Source of the DNA: Bdellovibrionota bacterium
GTDB lineage: Bacteria > Bdellovibrionota_G > JALEGL01 > DATDPG01
DNA: 64,000 nt
NCBI GenBank assembly: GCA_963668355.1
Contig: OY764265.1
Span: forward strand, 1,248,001 to 1,312,000
Direction: 5' to 3'
Positions within the stretch are counted from its first letter, which is position 1. The number at the start of each line of letters is the position of its first letter. Shown piece after piece: positions 40,091-49,455 of this stretch. Made by a program: the position numbers and the translations under genes. Below the pieces are notes generated by a model. That model ran no database searches. It saw only the letters and a list, made by a program, of their open reading frames with translations, and had not been told where the DNA came from.

Positions 40091-41097
40091 TCTGAATCTC
40101 CTCGAAGCACTTGCATCACATGATGAGCGGTATAAATATTTGAACGGTCGCTCCACGAGGTTCGTTCGGCTTCTCCCTTAAAGAAGTTTGTTTTGGCTTG
40201 TAGCTCGATGAGCCAAAGCGCAAAGTCTTCACTTCGACCAGTTTCTCCATCATTTCTATGGCTATTCTGATTAAGATTTACTGTGGATACAACGCTTACA
40301 GGGGGTATTGGAGATGGCGGTTTTTCTCTACGTGCAAAGAGGGTTCTGTGATTTTGTCTATCTAAGGGCGTTGTGCAGAATAGGGGAACTCGAATTTTGT
40401 CTAGGACTTCATTTGGATTTGGATAACCATTGTCTCCCAAAGATCGCAGATCTCCAACTCCGACCTGAGCGGGTTTTCCTTCTTGCGTCCCTGTGGACTC
40501 CGCATACCAATAATCATCACCCCGAAAAGTTGTAAAAGCGGCACCCAAATTGTGATCCGGAAACTCTGAGCCGTTGATGCCCACAGCAATATGGCCCGGA
40601 ATTCGAATTAACATGGAATCCACACACCAATGGCTCAAAATGGCCACGTAAAGCATGGCAAAATCTTCGCAATCCCCCTCTTGATCCAGCAGCATTTCTC
40701 CGGGGTATCGGTAATAGTTGGAGATGTTTTTTGAATCTTGATCGTATTTATAGGGAATGGATCGAACCATATTCAAAGCTAATTCAACTGCCTTCAACCG
40801 ATTCAAACTGTTTTCGCGTGCCTTCTCTCCCAAGTAATACGCGAGCCTTCGAACATCATCTCCACAAGGATCATTAAAAAGGTATTGGTTGACGTTGTTT
40901 TCTGGATAAGGATGGGGCAAAAATGAGTATTCATTTGAACAGATGCCCAAGGTATCGACATTTAGGGATAGGTCATAATCGCGGCCTGCGTACTCCCAAG
41001 AAAAATCAACATAACCAGCGATTCCATCCCCTGAAAATGCGAACAAAAGAGTTGTTGTCAGAGTCCAAAAAAACAAAATACAATCTTTACCGAACAT
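40087..41097 (-). CDS. Secreted transglutaminase-like cysteine protease (paralogue)
   Basis: GDCEDFA, GHIAVGI, WYAESTG. Confidence 0.8.
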   Translation of the reverse strand: MFGKDCILFFWTLTTTLLFAFSGDGIAGYVDFSWEYAGRDYDLSLNVDTLGICSNEYSFLPHPYPENNVNQYLFNDPCGDDVRRLAYYLGEKARENSLNRLKAVELALNMVRSIPYKYDQDSKNISNYYRYPGEMLLDQEGDCEDFAMLYVAILSHWCVDSMLIRIPGHIAVGINGSEFPDHNLGAAFTTFRGDDYWYAESTGTQEGKPAQVGVGDLRSLGDNGYPNPNEVLDKIRVPLFCTTPLDRQNHRTLFARREKPPSPIPPVSVVSTVNLNQNSHRNDGETGRSEDFALWLIELQAKTNFFKGEAERTSWSDRSNIYTAHHVMQVLRGDSE

Positions 41098-42326
41098 CAA
41101 GACAGTTCCCTTGGCAAAGGGAGGGAACACTCCCAAATCGCCTCTCCATTTTCGTTGAGTAAATTCATATGAACTCGATTAATATTCTCAAGTTCCTCTC
41201 TTGAAAAGAACACGCCCACTTCCCCAATACTCGAATCAAATGCCTCCTCGGTTTTTAGTTGTGTGCCATTTCTTCCTTCGGTGAAAACCTTTAACGTGAC
41301 AGCCTGTGGGAAACCTTGAAATCGAAGAAGATCCTCAAAAAGAACTTCTTCGCGTTCTGAGAGAAAAGCTTGGATTTCGGCTGAGGAAACAATGAGGGTG
41401 GCTCCGTCTTCCCGAACCTCAAACCAACGGGCAGGCTCGTAAAGATATACATCGTCTTTGTCGCTGTTGTTCAAGCGGTTTGTAGGAGATTCATACAATG
41501 TAAAAGGCCTGTTCCAGGGCGTCTGAGATGCAGAGAATTGAATGGCTACATGCTCAGAATCAATGACTAGAAGAGGATCTGTGACCGTAAATTCGTTATC
41601 TTGGGAAGGTTTAAAGATGTACTCTCGCCCATTCGGATTCCCCAACTTAAGCGCATAGGAATCGTAATGATTTTCGGTGAGTTCAAAAGATGTGGAAATC
41701 GTAGACGTATATTTTTCCCCCAATAATTCTTTGAAGAGTTTGTGGGGAAAATGCAACGCTTGCTGAATCGTTAGGCTTGTGACGTTGTCTAATTGGGTTA
41801 CACGGTGATTGGAGCCAGTAAAGACATTTTTCAGATGGGATCCAAAAGCTTTCTCGTGAATGCTTCTTAGGCGCAACTGGAGGCCTTCGGACGTAAGTTT
41901 AAATGTGGCATAAAATTCCAGTCGATAAACGGGCAGGTAGTGTTCCAACACGTTTACAACAAAAATCACTTTGCTTTCTTCTGAAACGATTTTCAAAAAA
42001 GAAATGATGTTTTCTTGGGCTGAGTTGAGAATATGTCCCTGAAAATCATAGACGACCTGCCCTTGATCTAGAACTGTAGAGAGCTGAAATACTTGACTCC
42101 CTTCTGACAGAAGTCTTCCAATCTGTTTTGCGAGGTCCTCTCGATCTATGTCGGCCATTGGTGGCTTTACGTCTTCTTGAGGATCAGCATCTGTGTGGGT
42201 GAGAGAATCCGGAAGCGTGGCAGATGGAATTTCGGGATCTACCTTAAGGGTGAAATCGGGACTTGGACAACCAGAGAAGAGCAAGCAAGAGAAAAAAATT
42301 ATGAGGTTTGTTCTTTTTTGATTCAT
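41097..42326 (-). CDS. Hypothetical lipoprotein
   Basis: Lipobox LFSGC; translationally coupled on both sides. Confidence 0.7.
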   Translation of the reverse strand: MNQKRTNLIIFFSCLLFSGCPSPDFTLKVDPEIPSATLPDSLTHTDADPQEDVKPPMADIDREDLAKQIGRLLSEGSQVFQLSTVLDQGQVVYDFQGHILNSAQENIISFLKIVSEESKVIFVVNVLEHYLPVYRLEFYATFKLTSEGLQLRLRSIHEKAFGSHLKNVFTGSNHRVTQLDNVTSLTIQQALHFPHKLFKELLGEKYTSTISTSFELTENHYDSYALKLGNPNGREYIFKPSQDNEFTVTDPLLVIDSEHVAIQFSASQTPWNRPFTLYESPTNRLNNSDKDDVYLYEPARWFEVREDGATLIVSSAEIQAFLSEREEVLFEDLLRFQGFPQAVTLKVFTEGRNGTQLKTEEAFDSSIGEVGVFFSREELENINRVHMNLLNENGEAIWECSLPLPRELS

Positions 42327-43954
42327 TTTACTCTCCTGATAGGGAAATTGACCTTTTCATTATTTGAATAAAGAACATCCAGAAGGGAGTTGGAAGAGGA
42401 CGAAAAATAGAAACGCAAAAGATCGTTCTGACTCAAATTGGCATAGTTCATGACAACCCCAGAGGGGTTTCCACTTTCCTGGACTTTGATCTGATGTGCT
42501 TCAAGAATGACGTCTATCCCCAGTGTTGGCAGTGTCATATGCTGGTAAAGAAGGTTTCCGCTATTTTTGTCGATGGCAAAAGTACTTGAAGTTTGGTTGG
42601 TTGGGTCAAAGACATGAAGCCAAAGAGCATTTTCTTCCGGTGCCTCCTCATAAGCCTCGAGCGTTTCACTCCGACCCAATGGTATCCTCAGACCAGGCCC
42701 TCGTTCCGTGTTTATTTCGAAGCGATCTCCGTCCAGGAACCGAACGTTCATCTGTTTGTCCGAGGTAATGAAATGAGACTTGCCCGAATGTTCTCGATCT
42801 TTGTGTCGAATCAATGGGGCCCGGTAACTTGAATTCAAATTTCGCACCAAATCGGAGGAGCGAAATCGGTCTTCCAGACTATTTCGCCGAACTGTGAATT
42901 CAGACCAAGAATCATGATAAGAAGTAAGATCCAAAGCTTCTTTCCGAAGCTGAGTCAAATCACTTTTCTCAAGATAAACAAGCTTGATTTTTTCGTATTG
43001 AACTTTTTCGCTTGAAGAAAGCCCGCCTGGATTCTCCTGAGCCTTGATTACCAAATCGTGATCCTTTTTGAGCCGAGATTGCTCTGCGGCATTAATTCGA
43101 GTGCCCACATATTGGCTATTCCAGTCTTGAGAAAAGCCTCTCAATTCACCTGTCGTTACTTCTCGAGGAAGATTCGAAGCCCAATCCGCAAATCGATTCA
43201 AATACTCGTCTAAATTTTCATCATCCTCAATAAAAACTTGTGTTCGAACTTCATGAATCGCTTGAGACCAAAGTTGAGCCAATTGCCACTCCGTAACATA
43301 GGCGTCGTTGGACTTTCCAAAAATCTCAAAGAGAAGTTCTTCAGGAAAAACATATCGCATGATTCGGCTTCCAAGCCTCTCTACGGCGCCTTTACTTGCA
43401 TAGCCAAAATAAATCTTGAATTCAACACCCGGATTGTTGATGGCTTTTAAGACTCGCTGTGTATCGTCAAAATCCAGAATAAATGAAAATACTCCGCTCT
43501 TTCCGTAGGTTTCTTGTTGGACACCTTGAATCGGTTGACTTTGAACCCAACGATTTTCTCCCGGAATCTTCAAATCGATATCCATGAGGTTCGCATGAAT
43601 TCGATGAATCGCCCCGCTCCCCCCACGAGAGGAAAAGTATTCTTTTATTCCTTTTTCAAGGCCATGAATGTCCAGAACCAGATGAACTCTTAGAACGTTT
43701 TTTACTTCTCCATCCCAGCGCTCTCGCTCCAAATTATAAGAAATTCCAAATCGCCCGGGGTTTTCGACGAATAGAAGTGGTGGTGTGTAGTATGTAACGA
43801 TTTTGCCCGAAACTTGATCGGTCTTTTGGAGAACATAGATGGGATAGGGCTTTCCGCCTAGGACCACCTCGACCCACTCGCCGTTTCCACGTGCGGCCGA
43901 AGAAAGCAAAAGCACTAAGGCGGCGAAAAAAAACCCTAACCGCAAAAATCCCAT
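42323..43954 (-). CDS. Secreted protein of unknown family (paralogue C)
   Basis: Signal peptide; shares YYTPPLLF, EIFGKSNDAYVTEWQL, VYLEKSDL with the 44981 protein. Confidence 0.75.
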   Translation of the reverse strand: MGFLRLGFFFAALVLLLSSAARGNGEWVEVVLGGKPYPIYVLQKTDQVSGKIVTYYTPPLLFVENPGRFGISYNLERERWDGEVKNVLRVHLVLDIHGLEKGIKEYFSSRGGSGAIHRIHANLMDIDLKIPGENRWVQSQPIQGVQQETYGKSGVFSFILDFDDTQRVLKAINNPGVEFKIYFGYASKGAVERLGSRIMRYVFPEELLFEIFGKSNDAYVTEWQLAQLWSQAIHEVRTQVFIEDDENLDEYLNRFADWASNLPREVTTGELRGFSQDWNSQYVGTRINAAEQSRLKKDHDLVIKAQENPGGLSSSEKVQYEKIKLVYLEKSDLTQLRKEALDLTSYHDSWSEFTVRRNSLEDRFRSSDLVRNLNSSYRAPLIRHKDREHSGKSHFITSDKQMNVRFLDGDRFEINTERGPGLRIPLGRSETLEAYEEAPEENALWLHVFDPTNQTSSTFAIDKNSGNLLYQHMTLPTLGIDVILEAHQIKVQESGNPSGVVMNYANLSQNDLLRFYFSSSSNSLLDVLYSNNEKVNFPIRRVK

Positions 43955-44193
43955 TTAACTCCTTCCTTGTCACCAACTCCTTCGAGAGAATGAAATTCCG
44001 GCGTGTAATAGTAGGGTGAGCAAGTGTTGGAAATGGAATCATTGACAGAAACCGACACATCCATACGACCTGGATGGAGGAGGCTGGTGACCCCAGTGGG
44101 ATTCCCTTCAACCGCATTGACTGTTCCAGGAACAGCAAAGTCAAACAATAGATGAACGGTGGGAGCGCGAAATTTTATGATTCGGTTGTTCAT
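43936..44193 (-). CDS. Short ORF or remnant resembling the N-terminus of the 44981 family
   Basis: GRMDVSV..YYYTPEFH versus GDLGVDISL..YIYSPCLHF. Confidence 0.35.
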   Translation of the reverse strand: MNNRIIKFRAPTVHLLFDFAVPGTVNAVEGNPTGVTSLLHPGRMDVSVSVNDSISNTCSPYYYTPEFHSLEGVGDKEGVKWDFCG

Positions 44194-44204
44194 TCCATTC
44201 GGCC

Positions 44205-44972
44205 TCAGAGGACGCCCTCTTCCAAGAAGCGCTCAAGAGAAGAACGGGAAATCAAGTAGACAGGCCATTCGAATATTTTCATGATTTCCAAGCGATTCTT
44301 CTCCATGACCTCAAGCTGAATTTGAGGAATTTGACGTCCTTGGTGCAATAGAGGGGCGGGTTTTTCATAGGCATTCTTCACAAAACCACCTCCACCACCG
44401 AATAAACCCCACAACACCCTAGCTTCTCCCTCTGGACGATCCTCGGTCTCAACCCTGCCTCCAACGCTAAAGGGGCCCCAAAGAAATTTACTCTCGCCCG
44501 ACTTCTGGGTCTGGGCCGGATGAGATTTGTGTTGCCGGGGGGTCTCACCGAAAAGATTCCATAGCTCGTTAGCACCTTTTTCGTCTTGTTCCAGTTCAGA
44601 TCCGTAAACGATGGGCTTTGAGGTCTTCAATCCATAGGTTGTAAAAGCCTCATAGTGATGCAGTTCACCGATGGGCTTTTCAGTGTCTTGAATGTCATCA
44701 AAAAATTCATTAAAAGAATTCGTATGCCCCAAATTCAAATTTCGAAAGAAGCGATTGAGTTGCTTGCGTGTGAGCCATACTTCATCTGAATTCTGGGCAC
44801 CGAAAAACAATTCATTGATGGCTTGTTGAATCCAGATCATCGGTATGGACTCGTTATTCTCTGAACTTCGGAATGTGCTTATAACATCGCTAGGACGATA
44901 TTGAGCAGACGCATTTTGGATCCAAAACGTCGAAATCAAAGCCATTATAATGAGAAAAGTTGGGTGTTTCAT
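44205..44972 (-). CDS. Secreted protein of unknown family (short paralogue B)
   Basis: Signal peptide; ELFFGAQNSDEVWLTRKQL; FLWGPFSVGG and VLWGLFGGGG. Confidence 0.75.
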   Translation of the reverse strand: MKHPTFLIIMALISTFWIQNASAQYRPSDVISTFRSSENNESIPMIWIQQAINELFFGAQNSDEVWLTRKQLNRFFRNLNLGHTNSFNEFFDDIQDTEKPIGELHHYEAFTTYGLKTSKPIVYGSELEQDEKGANELWNLFGETPRQHKSHPAQTQKSGESKFLWGPFSVGGRVETEDRPEGEARVLWGLFGGGGGFVKNAYEKPAPLLHQGRQIPQIQLEVMEKNRLEIMKIFEWPVYLISRSSLERFLEEGVL

Positions 44973-44980
44973 TGTTCCTC

Positions 44981-46426
44981 CTAACGAATTCGTCGCGGCG
45001 AACCCTTTGTGGGGAGTTTTGTGTTGGGATAAGAATCATGAAGCTTACGAAGCAGTGCCTTGTCATACTCAATCGTATGAAGCACGGTATGAACCTTTGC
45101 ACCCACAGGCACGAGATTGTTTCCTTTCAAAATTCTCACATCAAAGGTGCTTTTCACGAATCGATTCAGATCTGAGCGGACAACCTCATAGAGTTTTTGC
45201 TTTAAAGGATCGGATTTCTTTCCCTCCCAATGATGCTTTTCAGCCATCTCTTTGGAAAATTTCTTAAATGTTTCAAGCGCTTCCATTTTTTCACTCTCGC
45301 TTGAACCGGCTACACCTCCGCCAAAGAGCCCCCAAAGTACCTTTACGCCAACTCCACCGCTTTTCTTGGAATACTCCTGATAAAGTTTTTTCATGGCATC
45401 GATGGATTCGTAGGCCTCAGCTCGTTGATCGTCTGTAAGGGTTGTAAAATCTAAGGAAAAGAATTCGCTTGTGGGATCCAAGCCGAAATTCGTCGGAATG
45501 TCATCAATCGTAAAATCTTCAAGTCTTTTTGCGCGCGCACTGGCTTGATCCATGTATTTTTCGGCCAGACGAATAAAGGTCTTGAGCAAATCCTCATCTT
45601 GAACATTGATAACCGTACGATTGTCCTCAGCAATGTTTGTCATGAAATTAAATAATTGCTCTTGGGTAGCCCAGACACGATCGCGTTTTCCAAACATTTC
45701 ACGCTCAAGGTTTGAATCGATGGTTACATTCATCTCCTGAGAAAGATTTCCCCCACCGATGTTCTCGGAAACACGCAAGTATCGCAGAACAAAGCCAAAA
45801 CCTTGCTGAAGTCGGGCTTCAAATTCATCCAAATACTCTTCGGGAACCTCAAATCGAACCGGCAAGACTTCCGCGTTCTGAATTCCCGTACTATCCATAT
45901 CCGACTCGTGGGGAAATCGAACATAGATCTCAAAAGGAATTTGGTATTCAAATTCAGCCATAAAATCCAAACTAATCAGCGGAACGGGAACCAGGTTTGA
46001 AAATCGCATGGGCATGCGCTCCAAGTGGCTGATGGTGTTAATCATTCGCCGAACGGCGGCGCTATTATATCGAACCAAGAAGAGTGTAACCGTGGCGTGG
46101 CTATCACCGTCTAAACCCTCAACCATGTATAACGCATGCTCGGCATCCGGCGCGCGTAGGAAGTGAAGACAGGGCGAATAGATATATCTGATTTTGTTGG
46201 GTGCTGCGATTGCGTCGTTCTTTGAAGAGGCCCAAAGGCTGATATCCACACCTAAGTCACCACATGGAACGACAGCATCTGGAATATCCGTCGGAATCGC
46301 CAGCCCCTTGTTCAAATGCTCCGTATGAATCGAACGAACAGTCGGTTTTCGTCGTTCCCGAGTATTAGCCGAAGCTGGGGTTGCAGCTAGACTCATGATC
46401 GTGATAAGCAAAAATAGTGTTTTCAT
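44981..46426 (-). CDS. Secreted protein of unknown family (paralogue A) with Gly-rich hairpin motif
   Basis: Signal peptide (ASA-N); SGGVGVKVLWGLFGGGVAGSS; RBS ggag. Confidence 0.8.
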   Translation of the reverse strand: MKTLFLLITIMSLAATPASANTRERRKPTVRSIHTEHLNKGLAIPTDIPDAVVPCGDLGVDISLWASSKNDAIAAPNKIRYIYSPCLHFLRAPDAEHALYMVEGLDGDSHATVTLFLVRYNSAAVRRMINTISHLERMPMRFSNLVPVPLISLDFMAEFEYQIPFEIYVRFPHESDMDSTGIQNAEVLPVRFEVPEEYLDEFEARLQQGFGFVLRYLRVSENIGGGNLSQEMNVTIDSNLEREMFGKRDRVWATQEQLFNFMTNIAEDNRTVINVQDEDLLKTFIRLAEKYMDQASARAKRLEDFTIDDIPTNFGLDPTSEFFSLDFTTLTDDQRAEAYESIDAMKKLYQEYSKKSGGVGVKVLWGLFGGGVAGSSESEKMEALETFKKFSKEMAEKHHWEGKKSDPLKQKLYEVVRSDLNRFVKSTFDVRILKGNNLVPVGAKVHTVLHTIEYDKALLRKLHDSYPNTKLPTKGSPRRIR

Positions 46427-46514
46427 CGCTTACTCCGTTGGTTGTTTTTTGAAATAATCCGTGACGAATTAACCGAAAACGCTAACCGAAGAATATGTGT
46501 CCCTCGAGCCACGA

Positions 46515-47264
46515 TTATTGTCCGCCTCTCTTGCGTGGCTTTGGAAGTTTCCTTCGTCTAGGCATTTTGGGTGGTTTAGGTGACTTTGTTTCATCTAACT
46601 CTTCATCATCTCCAGTTCCCCTTTTTTTCTTTGGCCCAAACCATTTTTGAGGCAACCCTTCCATGTCATCTCTCAGTTCGTCCATGTCATCCATGAACTT
46701 GCCAAAACCATTTCGGTTTCCATTTTCGTCTGTGGCCAAATAGTTCTTGAACATTTCACCCAGAGGGCCGTCGTCCTCTTTGTAGTAGTTCTTCCACATG
46801 TCGACGTCCTGATACGCTTTATATTCATCCCAATATTCATCTCCGGGATTTTCTTCGCTCCCACGAGATCGTCGTCCACGATGGGAGCCAATCGGTTTAG
46901 GCATCTTGGGCATTCGTTTTCCATGGCCGCGCCCCTTCTTCATGCCGGGACCGCCATGGCCTCCTCGTTTATAGCGGTCGATGTCATCAAACCAAACATC
47001 CACATCAACACCTTCCAGGCGACCAAAGCTTTCCAGCTTAGCCATCCATTCCTCTTCAATTTCGTCGTCGGAATAACCTTCGCGTTGAAGGTACTCTTGG
47101 AATGTTTCATAAAGATCGCCATACGTTTCCATTTTCATTTCCTCCAGCATGTCTCGTGCCGAAAGCAGTCCGTTGCTTTCATAATCGGCAGCGAAGGTAA
47201 GGCCAACGCCGGCAAAATGAATTGCACCGAACAGAAAAAGCATTTGTACTTTTGGAACTGTCAT
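46515..47264 (-). CDS. Exported low-complexity, highly charged protein
   Basis: Hydrophobic N-terminus; alternating acidic blocks and PKMPK-type basic blocks. Confidence 0.6.
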   Translation of the reverse strand: MTVPKVQMLFLFGAIHFAGVGLTFAADYESNGLLSARDMLEEMKMETYGDLYETFQEYLQREGYSDDEIEEEWMAKLESFGRLEGVDVDVWFDDIDRYKRGGHGGPGMKKGRGHGKRMPKMPKPIGSHRGRRSRGSEENPGDEYWDEYKAYQDVDMWKNYYKEDDGPLGEMFKNYLATDENGNRNGFGKFMDDMDELRDDMEGLPQKWFGPKKKRGTGDDEELDETKSPKPPKMPRRRKLPKPRKRGGQ

Positions 47265-47278
47265 GCTTGCTCGTGAAA

Positions 47279-47293
47279 GCAATTGGCATGCCA
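47279..47293 (-). promoter_or_regulatory. Sigma-54 promoter for the leftward operon
   Basis: TGGCAT-GCCAA-TTGC. Confidence 0.65.
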
Positions 47294-47427
47294 GTAAAAA
47301 TAAGGCGGATTTATGACCTCAAAACATATTTCCTTTTTTTCTGAGTCAAAATGTTCAAATTTAAAACAATTTGTACGTCAAAGAGGAAACCCTCTCTACG
47401 GAAAGCGCTTTCCCAGAGCTTTTTTGT

Positions 47428-47442
47428 TGGCATAGTAGTTGC
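47428..47442 (+). promoter_or_regulatory. Sigma-54 promoter
   Basis: TGGCAT-AGTAG-TTGC. Confidence 0.65.
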
Positions 47443-47458
47443 CAACTAAAAAAGGGTT

Positions 47459-48511
47459 TTGATCCAATATAGAAAATCCCTGGTGATCGCTATCACAATT
47501 ATTTTTTGCCTTGGTTTCGGGACACCCACATTCGCTCAGTTGGAACGCAGATATAAACCAAGAGAAGGTGAGGTTTCCTTATCCTATAGAGGAGAGACCT
47601 ATACGATTGTTTATGAGCCTAAGTATTCTCACTTCACAACAGAAATCCGACCCAAGGGGAAATCGGAATTTTCGTTCTATGATTTTGATTGGCATCGGTT
47701 CTTCAACCAACTTCTAGGGATGGAAGCTGAGCAATTGGAGACGAAAGAATATATCTTCTATCAGATCACGTCCCAATTGTTGGATATTGTTGAGAATGAG
47801 AACCTCTCCACAACAGAATTAGTCTCTTTAGTATATGCTTTTGTAAACCAACTTGGGGTGAATCCTCGACCAAGAGAATACGAGAACGCGATGTTGCTCC
47901 CCGTAGACCTTTTGCATTTGGGGCCCAAGACCCGCCAAGATTATCTAATATTAAATGCAGTTCTTTTATCTTCTCTATGTGTGGACATTCAAATGGTGGG
48001 GTATGGAGAAAAATGGCAACTGGCGGTGTTGGCGAACGAAAATCTAGAAGGGCAGAAGTACCGAATCGATGATTTTACATATGTGTTTGTTGATGGCGTG
48101 GCACGCTCAGGAAGCGAACAGTCCATTGGAAATGGTCTTGCCTCGACGATTGAAATCAATGAACGGTGTATAGGGGTAGACAAACATTATTCTCCAATTA
48201 ATTCATATCCAAATGTTTTGGCTCGGGCCTTTACAGAAAAAGTAGAAGAAGTGGGAAAGGGGACAAAGGAAAGGTTAAGTCGATCCCGAGGAGGGGGCTG
48301 GGAGGTTAACCTGGCACCAGCTGTGTCGGCCTTACACAAAGCAAGATCCGACCGAAATGTAGGTCATTTGTTTGATCCAAACGCAGGACGTCGTTTGGGT
48401 CGATCACGAACACAGGAGAGGACAAATAACCACCTGCTTTTGTTTGGACGGCGAGGCGATGGATTCGGAACCGTGAAAACAGAGCGTATGCCTCATCGGA
48501 GACAGCAATGA
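47459..48511 (+). CDS. Secreted transglutaminase-like paralogue lacking catalytic Cys/His
   Basis: Aligns with 39341/40087 (LLSSLCVD ~ ILSHWCVD; YVFVDG ~ YWYAES), but GDCED is replaced by PKTRQD. Confidence 0.6.
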   Translation: MIQYRKSLVIAITIIFCLGFGTPTFAQLERRYKPREGEVSLSYRGETYTIVYEPKYSHFTTEIRPKGKSEFSFYDFDWHRFFNQLLGMEAEQLETKEYIFYQITSQLLDIVENENLSTTELVSLVYAFVNQLGVNPRPREYENAMLLPVDLLHLGPKTRQDYLILNAVLLSSLCVDIQMVGYGEKWQLAVLANENLEGQKYRIDDFTYVFVDGVARSGSEQSIGNGLASTIEINERCIGVDKHYSPINSYPNVLARAFTEKVEEVGKGTKERLSRSRGGGWEVNLAPAVSALHKARSDRNVGHLFDPNAGRRLGRSRTQERTNNHLLLFGRRGDGFGTVKTERMPHRRQQ

Positions 48512-48669
48512 AGAGCAAAAAGGCACATCCCGTAAGGACGTCCATTTCGATTCGTTTTCATAAAAAACGACAAAAGAAAGTATCCCTTGTGAACGTATTT
48601 TTAGTCACCGTAATTGCAATGGGCACCATCACTGCTGCACAGCTAACAATTTTAGCATTCGTTCCTTAA
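48508..48669 (+). CDS. Small basic membrane protein (53 aa)
   Basis: ATGA overlap; MKSKKAHPVR...VNVFLVTVIAMGTITAAQLTILAFVP. Confidence 0.35.
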   Translation: MKSKKAHPVRTSISIRFHKKRQKKVSLVNVFLVTVIAMGTITAAQLTILAFVP

Positions 48670-48791
48670 GTTTTATACAAATTGTTCCACAAATATCCGA
48701 ACCGCTTCAAATTCGGGACACCAAATATTTTGAAAGTTTCTCGAAGGAGCATTCAAGCAGGAAGCTCCTCACATTTACGACATTTTCATCA

Positions 48792-48806
48792 TGGCATTAG
48801 TTTTGC
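48792..48806 (+). promoter_or_regulatory. Sigma-54 promoter
   Basis: TGGCAT-TAGTT-TTGC, followed by RBS aggagg and ATG 48847. Confidence 0.65.
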
Positions 48807-48846
48807 TTTGTAGATGACAAGAAAAATTATCATCAGGAGGCTACAC

Positions 48847-49455
48847 ATGAACGTTTCCCATCTAAATGTGATTTTGGGTTTTATTTTTTCGATTGCGATA
48901 TCAACAATTTCAAGCGCCGAAGAGTCATCAACCAGTTGGGTTCTTGTTGAAACGGATTTGTGTACAGGAGAAATGGAAATTCTCTCCGATAACGCCTTGG
49001 AGCTGGATAATGACACATTGAATGCTTTAGAAGAGAGAGTGGAAGATTTTTCCAGCCAATATCGTGCTTCAAAAGCTCAGGCTTGTTCGACGGATGCCGA
49101 TTGGGGGGATGAAGAAGAAACACATCGCCTCATGTGCAAACTTGTGGATGGGGTGGAAAGAGAAATTAAATGTTTTGACGTGAGTCGTGCAGAACGAAGA
49201 GAGATGCTCCAATGTTTCACAAATGGAGACTTCTATGAAACCGAATGGGGCATTGAGGCTGAGGGTGGTGGTTCCGCGCTGTTAAAAGGAATCTTTAGCG
49301 TTAAGGCAGAAGCGGGGGCCTCAAGGAACGGAAGGAAAAGATGGACGATGTGGACTTGTATAAACAATGACACGGGTGAAATCTTCAGCGGTTCCGCGGC
49401 AGAAATCAACGAAGTTATTCAAGAGTACAGAAAGTATTTGGAAAGCCATGAATAG
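48847..49455 (+). CDS. Secreted Cys-containing hypothetical protein with Gly-rich hairpin-like segment
   Basis: Signal peptide; WGIEAEGGGSALLKGIFSVKAEAGAS. Confidence 0.7.
   Translation: MNVSHLNVILGFIFSIAISTISSAEESSTSWVLVETDLCTGEMEILSDNALELDNDTLNALEERVEDFSSQYRASKAQACSTDADWGDEEETHRLMCKLVDGVEREIKCFDVSRAERREMLQCFTNGDFYETEWGIEAEGGGSALLKGIFSVKAEAGASRNGRKRWTMWTCINNDTGEIFSGSAAEINEVIQEYRKYLESHE

Noticed and set aside
46647..47276. 209-aa plus-strand ORF
   Set aside because: Antisense shadow of the low-complexity gene at 46515-47264
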